Below are positions 48,047-54,719 of a DNA stretch of 64,000 nucleotides, piece by piece (position 1 is the stretch's first letter; every line of letters begins with the position of its first letter). The notes under the pieces are model-generated. The model was not told where the DNA came from. It made no database searches and saw only the letters and a list, made by a program, of their open reading frames with translations. The DNA comes from Chthoniobacteraceae bacterium (GTDB taxonomy: Bacteria; Verrucomicrobiota; Verrucomicrobiia; Chthoniobacterales; Chthoniobacteraceae), in contig JANNWY010000212.1 of assembly GCA_031409335.1 (NCBI GenBank), positions 41,471 through 105,470 on the forward strand, in the 5' to 3' direction. A program made the position numbers and the translations under genes.

Positions 48047-49759
48047 CTATTGAGGTGGAGTTTTGGGTGCGGAGATTTCCGGGGCAGGGAGCCATTGGAC
48101 GATGGCTTTCCGCGGACGATCGGGGTCGGTCGCGGGCAGTAGTTTTCTTCCGTCAAACAGCAGACCTTCGCCTTTTCGACGAACCCACACGCCTTCCGCC
48201 AAATCGGCAGGGAACGTGGGAAGCAGCCATTCGAGCAGCCGCTGCGGTGAGACGGTGTCATCCTGCTCGATGGCAAGGATGCTGCCGCCGGTGCGCGCGG
48301 CGAGATCGCCCGCTTGGGCGAAGGTGAAAGGCTCGCGGCTGATGCCGACGTAGCTGACGCCGAAGTGGTGGATTTCCGCGAAGGATTCCAACTCTCTGGC
48401 ACCGGGACCAGTGGTGAAGAGTTGGGTAACGTAGCTGTTGTTCGTCTCGGTGCTGGTGGTGGAGGTTTCCGAGTTGTGGGTGTCGCCTGTCTTGCGATGC
48501 GCGAGGATAAAAGCGAGGCCACCGATGGTCAGCAGCGCGACCAGCCCGAGGATGAGCGTGGTCGTGTTCAGCCCGCGCGTCGTCTCGAGAATCAGTTCCG
48601 TGGATTGCGCGTCGTACTGGAGCGTTGCCGGTTTTTCCTCCCGAATCGCGGGCGTTTGTCGGCGGCGCGCGAGCGGGCCGCCCGCGAGACTCGAGGGCAG
48701 CGGCTCGGGCTCGACGCCGGCGGGCAGCGGGCAGCCGCCGGAAGTGACTTTGATCCAATCCACGTCGAGCATGAATTCGGACGCCGACTGGTAACGCTCG
48801 GCGGGATTTTCCTGGAGCGCGCGGAGGACGACTTCATCGAGCCGCGCGTCGATCTCGACCTTCTGGCTCGGCGGCGACCACGCTCCGTGCGGCAGGGTGC
48901 CGGTGAGGAATTCGTAGAGCATCACTCCGAGCGAATAAAGGTCCGCGCGGTGGTCCACCCGCCGACCATCGCGCTGCTCAGGAGCCATGTATTCGGGCGT
49001 GCCCACGGTGCCGCCGGGGCGGGTCAGCGTCGGGTTCATCCTTGGGCGCGATTTCGTGCCGACGATCCGCGCGAGACCGAAATCGGCGACCTTCGCCCGC
49101 CCGTCGCCGGTCACGAGGATGTTCGACGGTTTGATGTCGCGGTGAACGATGCCCGCGCCGTGCGCGTAGTGCAAAGCGGAGCAAACCTGCGAGATCAGTT
49201 CGAGCGCTCCGGCCAGGGTCAACTGCCCGTTTTCGCGCAGCGCACCGATGTGGGCGCCGTCCACCAGTTCCATGACGAAGTACACGTAACCCCCGGCGGT
49301 TTTTCCAAAGTCGTGGACCTTTGCGATGTGCGGATGATCGAGCGCGGCCATCGCCCGGGCCTCCTGCTCGAAGCGAGCGAGCGCATCGGGGTGGCCGCCA
49401 TTTTCGACGGGCAGGATTTTGACGGCGATCTCACGGTGCAAGCGCGTGTCCAGCCCGTGATAAACCGCGCCCATTCCGCCGCGGCCGAGGAGCGCGGTGA
49501 TCCGGTAGCGGCCCTCGAAAGAGCCATCGAGTTCCTCCGGCGCGGGCGCTTCCCATTCGCCGTCCGCCGGTTGCGGGGTCTCGAAGCCGCGCATCAGCAG
49601 ATGGCCGGCCTCCAGTCCATCGAGAGAATCCGCGGCAGCCGGGACCGGGACGGGCTGCGAGCACGAGGGACACTCGAAATCGGCGCGGCCTTGCAGCGAC
49701 GCCTTGGCCTCCGCGTCGATGGCGATCTTCTGGGCGCAATGTGGGCAACTCACTTTCAT
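48047..49759 (-). CDS. Hanks-type Ser/Thr kinase (Zn-ribbon, kinase, TM, extracellular module)
   Basis: GRGGMGAVY, IAVK, HRDIKPSN, DFGLA, GTPEYMAPE, DLYSLG. Confidence 0.95.
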   Translation of the reverse strand: MKVSCPHCAQKIAIDAEAKASLQGRADFECPSCSQPVPVPAAADSLDGLEAGHLLMRGFETPQPADGEWEAPAPEELDGSFEGRYRITALLGRGGMGAVYHGLDTRLHREIAVKILPVENGGHPDALARFEQEARAMAALDHPHIAKVHDFGKTAGGYVYFVMELVDGAHIGALRENGQLTLAGALELISQVCSALHYAHGAGIVHRDIKPSNILVTGDGRAKVADFGLARIVGTKSRPRMNPTLTRPGGTVGTPEYMAPEQRDGRRVDHRADLYSLGVMLYEFLTGTLPHGAWSPPSQKVEIDARLDEVVLRALQENPAERYQSASEFMLDVDWIKVTSGGCPLPAGVEPEPLPSSLAGGPLARRRQTPAIREEKPATLQYDAQSTELILETTRGLNTTTLILGLVALLTIGGLAFILAHRKTGDTHNSETSTTSTETNNSYVTQLFTTGPGARELESFAEIHHFGVSYVGISREPFTFAQAGDLAARTGGSILAIEQDDTVSPQRLLEWLLPTFPADLAEGVWVRRKGEGLLFDGRKLLPATDPDRPRKAIVQWLPAPEISAPKTPPQ

Positions 49760-49830
49760 GGAAATGATTTCTCGCTACCTCCTGCTTCGGTATTGCCGGA
49801 AAATGGTTTCGCGGGAAGCATCGAATTGTG
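49738..49830. repeat. 93-bp direct repeat, copy A (kinase 5' end and upstream DNA)
   Basis: Ungapped match to 50675-50767, 82/93 identical by hand count. Confidence 0.9.
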
Positions 49831-49868
49831 GGAACAAAATCGCGGTGGCGTGTTCGCGCGATCCGCGG

Positions 49869-50696
49869 CTAACGCACGACGAACGCGAAGTCCTGCGTGG
49901 CCAGCAGGTGAAAGTGGGGACAGCCGCAGGGGTGCGCGCCGCAGCCCAGATGGGTGTAGTTCGCGCGCAGGATATTGGCGCGATGGCCCGGCGATTTCAT
50001 CCACTGCGCCACGACGGCCCGCGCATAGCCCCAATAGGTGTAACCGCCGGCGCCGAGGCTCGAAATGTTTTCACCCGCCGCCATGTTTTTCGCACCCGCC
50101 GCGTCGAGCCGCAGGAAGGGACTGGCTTTGGCGGGATCGCGAGGATTTCCATGCGAGAAAAACCCGCCGAGCGCCATGTCCCGCGAATGTCCCCAAGCCG
50201 CCTCGCGCAGGGCCGGCAGCGGGATGAGCGGGCGCAGTTTTTGAGACCGCCGCGCCGCGTTGGTGGCGTGAAAAATGGCGGCGCTGAGGAAGGCATGGTC
50301 GAGCGCCTCCCGATCGAGCTTTTGCCGCGCGAGTGGGAGCTGGCTGAAGGTTTCCGCCGTGTGGCCGGAATACCAATCCGCCAGCGGGTTCGGCGTTGGC
50401 GTGTCCGCCGGCGGCAGTGCGCGGGCGATTTCATCCGCGAGAGCGAGCGGCCACGCGGGGTCGTCGAAAAGACTGGGATTCTCGGCGCGGGCTTTTTGCA
50501 CCCCGGCGAGGAATTCGCGATTGAACGCGGAGCCGGCCACGCCCAGCGGCGGATATTTTTTCACCGCTTCCGCCTGCGCGACCGCGCTGGCCGGGGGTGG
50601 TGCGGGCGCCTCTTGCGCTGGCGCGAACGATCCGGGCAGAGCCAGGCACGCGGCCAGGACGATGAAGGGGAGGGAATGCGGGCAACTCGTTTTCAT
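49869..50696 (-). CDS. CAP/SCP domain secreted protein with one unnamed N-terminal repeat
   Basis: ATG 50696 (MKTSCPHS); TNAARR, HSRDMA, GENI, WMKSPGHRANIL, TQDF. Confidence 0.88.
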   Translation of the reverse strand: MKTSCPHSLPFIVLAACLALPGSFAPAQEAPAPPPASAVAQAEAVKKYPPLGVAGSAFNREFLAGVQKARAENPSLFDDPAWPLALADEIARALPPADTPTPNPLADWYSGHTAETFSQLPLARQKLDREALDHAFLSAAIFHATNAARRSQKLRPLIPLPALREAAWGHSRDMALGGFFSHGNPRDPAKASPFLRLDAAGAKNMAAGENISSLGAGGYTYWGYARAVVAQWMKSPGHRANILRANYTHLGCGAHPCGCPHFHLLATQDFAFVVR

Positions 50697-50767
50697 AGGC
50701 ATGATTTCTCGCTGCCTGCTACTTCGGTATTGCCGGAAAATGGTTTCGCGGAAAGCATCGAATCGTG
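50675..50767. repeat. 93-bp direct repeat, copy B (CAP 5' end and divergent promoter region)
   Basis: Matches 49738-49830. Confidence 0.9.
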
Positions 50768-51496
50768 AAAAAGACCCACGAACCCGCCGCGCATGGATTT
50801 CCCGCCACGCGGTGGAGCCTTGTCCGGAAGGCGTGCGATTCCGGTGAAAGGGAGGCGGACTTGGACGCGCTCCAGCAGGTCTGCCTGGATTACTGGTTTC
50901 CACTCTATGCCTGGGCGCGGCATTCGCGCCGGTCGCAGGAGGATGCCGAGGATTTGATCCAGAGCTTTTTCGAGCAGTTGCTCGAAAAGGAATTTCTTCA
51001 ACGCGCCGATCGGGAAAAGGGACGCTTGCGGACTTTCCTGCTGACGTGTCTCAAACGCCACGCCGCGGATCTCACGGACAAGGCGCACGCGGCGCGGCGC
51101 GATGCGCGGAAAACCATCTCGCTCGATTTCGAGTGGGCCGAGGGCCGCTACCACGATCACCAGCAGGATTCCAACGGCCCGGACAAACTCTACGACCAGC
51201 GCTGGGCGCACGCCCTGTTGCAATATGCGCTGGCGGCTTTGCGCGAGGAACTGGAAGCCGATGGTCGCGCGACGGAATACGCCATCTTAAAGTCGTTTCT
51301 CGGTTTCGATGCCGACGAACAAACGTCGTCGAAGGATGCTGCCGCAAGCCTGGGCATCGGTGAGGCCGCGTTGAAATCGCGAGTGTTCCGGTTGCGAAAG
51401 CGATTTCACGAAATCGTGAAGAATCACGTCGCGCAAACGGTCGGCAGCGATTTGAAGGCGAAGGACGAATTGATGGAATTGATGAGCGTCATTTGA
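50765..51496 (+). CDS. ECF sigma factor (PVC kinase-associated type)
   Basis: FPATRWSLV, YWFPLYAWAR, DAEDLIQSFF, GRLRTFLL, region 4 AASLGIGEAALKSRVFRLRKR. Confidence 0.9.
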   Translation: MKKTHEPAAHGFPATRWSLVRKACDSGEREADLDALQQVCLDYWFPLYAWARHSRRSQEDAEDLIQSFFEQLLEKEFLQRADREKGRLRTFLLTCLKRHAADLTDKAHAARRDARKTISLDFEWAEGRYHDHQQDSNGPDKLYDQRWAHALLQYALAALREELEADGRATEYAILKSFLGFDADEQTSSKDAAASLGIGEAALKSRVFRLRKRFHEIVKNHVAQTVGSDLKAKDELMELMSVI

Positions 51497-51498
51497 CC

Positions 51499-51561
51499 CG
51501 CGCGACCTGTCTGGTGGAATTGCGGAAGCTCATCGAGAATCCGTCGCTGATGCTGCTGTGA
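51499..51561 (+). repeat. pdhC 3'-end direct repeat, copy 3 (decaying)
   Basis: Encodes RATCLVELRKLIENPSLMLL*; 54/63 nt identical to copy 1. Confidence 0.88.
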
Positions 51562-53506
51562 CGGCGCGCGGATTTTTCATCCGGTAAAAGCGGCCGTCTT
51601 CGGCGCCGCCGAGGAAGTCGGGAATGCCATCGCCGTCGAAATCGACGACCGCCGGGCTTACGTCGTGGCCCTCGATATTCTTCGCCGCGAGGGTGCCCGC
51701 GTTCTTGAAAATCCATGCGCCGTCGCGTTCGCCGACTTGCTGGAGAAAGTCGGCGTTCGTCGAGTTGAGCAGGAAGTCGAACTTTCCATCGCCATCCCAA
51801 TCGGTGACGCAAAGTTTGCGGCGCCCGCTCGCTCCCGCGGTCTTCGGGTTTAAGCGCAGCGGCGCACCGGACTCGTCGATGAAGGCGCGGCGCGGTGCTT
51901 TCAGCAGCAGGTTTCCGGCGCGTTTTTGCCGCTCGAAAAATGCGAGGTAGCCTTCGTGGTCGAGCATCGCGAGGTCGGGCAGGCCGTCTTTGTTGAAATC
52001 GAAAACGACGGGCGTCGTGCGCCATTGCGTGAGCAGCGCCGCGCCTTGCGGTTTGCGCCAGCCCCACTCCAGCACGGGTTGCGCGCCGGACCATGCGACT
52101 TCGATCGGTTGCGGAGCGGCCAGCTTCGGCGCGGTGCGCGTGCCGACATTTTGCAGCCACACCACGTCGCCGAGGATGCTGTTGAGCACGATGTCCGGCA
52201 GCGTGTCGCCGTCCCAGTCCGCGACGCTGAAAGTCGTGTAGCCCCACTTCGCTTCGGCGGGGCCTTGGATGCTGCCGTTCGGCCCGGCCATGACTCGAAA
52301 GGGTTTTTCGTTCACTTCCAGTCGGCGCGGTGCGGCCCATTTCGGCGGGTCCACATTCGGCCCGCTGAGATTCTCGAAGAACTCAATGTAGCCCGCGGTA
52401 TTGCCGCTCACGATGTCGGTGTCGCCATCGCCGTCCCAGTCCGCGCCCGTCGGCGTCGCGAGCGTGCCGCATTTGAGCATGTCCGCTTCCTGTTTGAAAT
52501 AGATGGGCTGCGCGAACACGGGCACCTCCCCGCCCTTCACTTCGCCGAGATTTTCCACGAAGGCCACGCGTCCGTCTTCATCGCCGACGATGAGATCCGC
52601 GTCGCCATCCCGGTCCCAGTCGAATGCGATCGGGACGATCATTTCCAAATCCATCCGCACTTCCGCGCCCGCGCGATCCTTCACCCGCCGACCCGCGGCG
52701 TAGCGTGGCTCGGAACTCGTCCCGATGTTTTCAAAATACGTGAACCCATCGAGGAACTCGCCGCAGAGCAGATCGAGATCATCGTCGTCGTCGCAGTTCA
52801 CAAAGTTCGGCGACGGGCAGCCGAAGGTGTCGAGTGGCCGGCCATCCGCCTGCACCTGGAACGGCTCGACATAATGCGGCGCGTCGGCGGTGCCGGCATT
52901 GCGGAAGACATGCACGAAGCCGTGCAGCGGACCATTCTGCCAGACGCCGCGCGCGTCCCACGCATCGTCCCAACCGTAAAAACTCCAGTCCTCAATCCCC
53001 ACGATCAGATCCTGCCGGCCGTCGCCATCGTAGTCCGCGTAGCGCCATTGATTGTGCCGCACTTTCGGACCTTTCGGCTGTTTTCCCTGCGCTTTGTAAA
53101 AGCCCGCCTTCACCGGCAGCGGCACTTTTTCCGCGAGTCCGGTGCGTTCGAAATTCGGATGCTCCGCGCCGGGCGTGAGGACGCGCAATTTTCCATCCAC
53201 ATAGCTCGGCATCACGTAACGCTCCGTGCTGCTGAGGCGGCGCGCCGCTTTGAAAACCGGCAGTTTATTTTTCGCAGTGTCGCCGCTCGTGTTTTCAAAA
53301 AGGTACACACCGTTCGACGGCTTGTCGGGGCACGACACGATGAGATCGAAATCGCCATCGCCATCCGCGTCACACGGCACCGGCCACGCCCACAGTCCGA
53401 CACCGAGATCCACGACGAGGCCGGGATGATTATACGGAAGCCGTTCCAGCGCCTGTGCCGTCGCGGCGGCCAGCAGGATTGCGGCGAGTATTTTCACTTT
53501 GGCCAT
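51530..53506 (-). CDS. Secreted FG-GAP/VCBS repeat protein
   Basis: Repeated D(W/Y/F)DGDG..D(L/I) motifs; signal peptide (ATG 53506 or GTG 53497). Confidence 0.88.
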   Translation of the reverse strand: MAKVKILAAILLAAATAQALERLPYNHPGLVVDLGVGLWAWPVPCDADGDGDFDLIVSCPDKPSNGVYLFENTSGDTAKNKLPVFKAARRLSSTERYVMPSYVDGKLRVLTPGAEHPNFERTGLAEKVPLPVKAGFYKAQGKQPKGPKVRHNQWRYADYDGDGRQDLIVGIEDWSFYGWDDAWDARGVWQNGPLHGFVHVFRNAGTADAPHYVEPFQVQADGRPLDTFGCPSPNFVNCDDDDDLDLLCGEFLDGFTYFENIGTSSEPRYAAGRRVKDRAGAEVRMDLEMIVPIAFDWDRDGDADLIVGDEDGRVAFVENLGEVKGGEVPVFAQPIYFKQEADMLKCGTLATPTGADWDGDGDTDIVSGNTAGYIEFFENLSGPNVDPPKWAAPRRLEVNEKPFRVMAGPNGSIQGPAEAKWGYTTFSVADWDGDTLPDIVLNSILGDVVWLQNVGTRTAPKLAAPQPIEVAWSGAQPVLEWGWRKPQGAALLTQWRTTPVVFDFNKDGLPDLAMLDHEGYLAFFERQKRAGNLLLKAPRRAFIDESGAPLRLNPKTAGASGRRKLCVTDWDGDGKFDFLLNSTNADFLQQVGERDGAWIFKNAGTLAAKNIEGHDVSPAVVDFDGDGIPDFLGGAEDGRFYRMKNPRAVTAASATDSR

Positions 53507-54573
53507 TCGCCGTTCACCATTGCGCTTGCTTCGAGTTTCGCCGGGTCCACGACGGCGTGCCGGATCTTTTTTCGCTGCCATGTGTAGGTGATGTGAACGA
53601 GCCCGTCGCCCGTCTGGATCACTGCCGGGTAGCTGTATTCGCCCGGCTCGCTTTCCAACACGAGCGCCGCCTGCCACGCGCGGCCATCGCGCGACACCGC
53701 GAGATTTAGCGGCGTCCGTTTGCCGCCCCATTCGCGCGGGATTCCCGGCACATGATTGTACACGAGCAGGTGCCGTCCGTCCTTGAGCGTCACCGCGTCG
53801 GTGCCTGAGTTCGGATTTGGCAAAGTGCCGAGCGTCATCGCGCCCCACGTCTTCCCGCCATCGTCGGAGGCCACCTCGAAAATTTTGTGCTGCCGCGTGC
53901 GCCCCAGCGCCAGCAGTTTTTCTCCACCGAGGAAAAGGAGGCTCGGCTGGATGCCGTGGATCGCCACGCCGTCATTCACTGGCCCGATCCGCTCCCAGGT
54001 TTTTCCGAGATCACTCGTGCGCTCAAAATGCACCGCCCACTTGTCCGGGGCGTCCGATGTTTCCGTGCTCGATCCGCACAGGATGTCGCCGTTCGCGAGC
54101 TGCACCGGTTTGTTTTTCACTGGTCCGAGGATGCCCTCGGGCAAACGCCGCGGCTCGGTCCACGTGCGTCCGTCATCCGTCGAAGTCGTGAGCATTCCCC
54201 ACCAGAAATCCGGTGAAGGTCCGGCTTTGTAGAAGAGCAGCAGCGGCCCGGTCTTCGGTTGAAAAAGCACGGGATTCCAAGTCGGGTGGCGCACCACCGC
54301 GCCGTCAGGTTTTCGATATTGCACGCCGTTCGCGACTTCGACTGGTGCGATCCATTTCCCGCTTTCCACGCGTGAAATCCAGATGCCGACATCCGGCGCT
54401 TTTTCCCGCTGTCCGCCAAACCACGCGGCGATCAGTCCCGATTTCGTCTCTGCGATCGTGGATGCGTGGCACGAGGGGAAAGGCGCGGTTTCGTAGATGA
54501 ACTCGGAGAGCACGAGCGGGTCGGCGGCGTGGGATGCGGCGAGCATGGCGAGGAGCGCGATGGCGGTGTTCAT
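53494..54573 (-). CDS. Sialidase-like BNR/Asp-box protein
   Basis: SCHASTI, AWFGG, WNPVL, STDDGRTW / SDLGKTW / SDDGGKTW Asp boxes, YSYP. Confidence 0.88.
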   Translation of the reverse strand: MNTAIALLAMLAASHAADPLVLSEFIYETAPFPSCHASTIAETKSGLIAAWFGGQREKAPDVGIWISRVESGKWIAPVEVANGVQYRKPDGAVVRHPTWNPVLFQPKTGPLLLFYKAGPSPDFWWGMLTTSTDDGRTWTEPRRLPEGILGPVKNKPVQLANGDILCGSSTETSDAPDKWAVHFERTSDLGKTWERIGPVNDGVAIHGIQPSLLFLGGEKLLALGRTRQHKIFEVASDDGGKTWGAMTLGTLPNPNSGTDAVTLKDGRHLLVYNHVPGIPREWGGKRTPLNLAVSRDGRAWQAALVLESEPGEYSYPAVIQTGDGLVHITYTWQRKKIRHAVVDPAKLEASAMVNGEWPK

Positions 54574-54719
54574 GGAAAGGAAGTGAAGACGGTGTAGCGC
54601 GTTCGCGGGTGGTCGCGCGAGCAGCGATTCAGCGACCGTGCCAGGCCGAACGCGTGGTGTTGAGCCGCCGCGATTTCGTTGCTAAGGGACATTCATAGCT
54701 CACGCTTACTTTCACGCCG

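Larger units (their letters stand above)
36598..51498. mobile_element. Integrase-free genomic island bounded by pdhC 3'-end repeats
   Basis: Flanked by copies 2 and 3 of the pdhC tail; all accessory genes; A/T-richer patches; no recombinase recognised. Confidence 0.7.

Noticed and set aside
42368..49759. Diversity-generating retroelement targeting the lectin-like modules
   Set aside because: No reverse transcriptase and no template/variable repeat pair differing only at adenines.
35753..51561. Prophage, ICE or integron interpretation of the island
   Set aside because: No integrase, phage, conjugation or attC-like features recognised.
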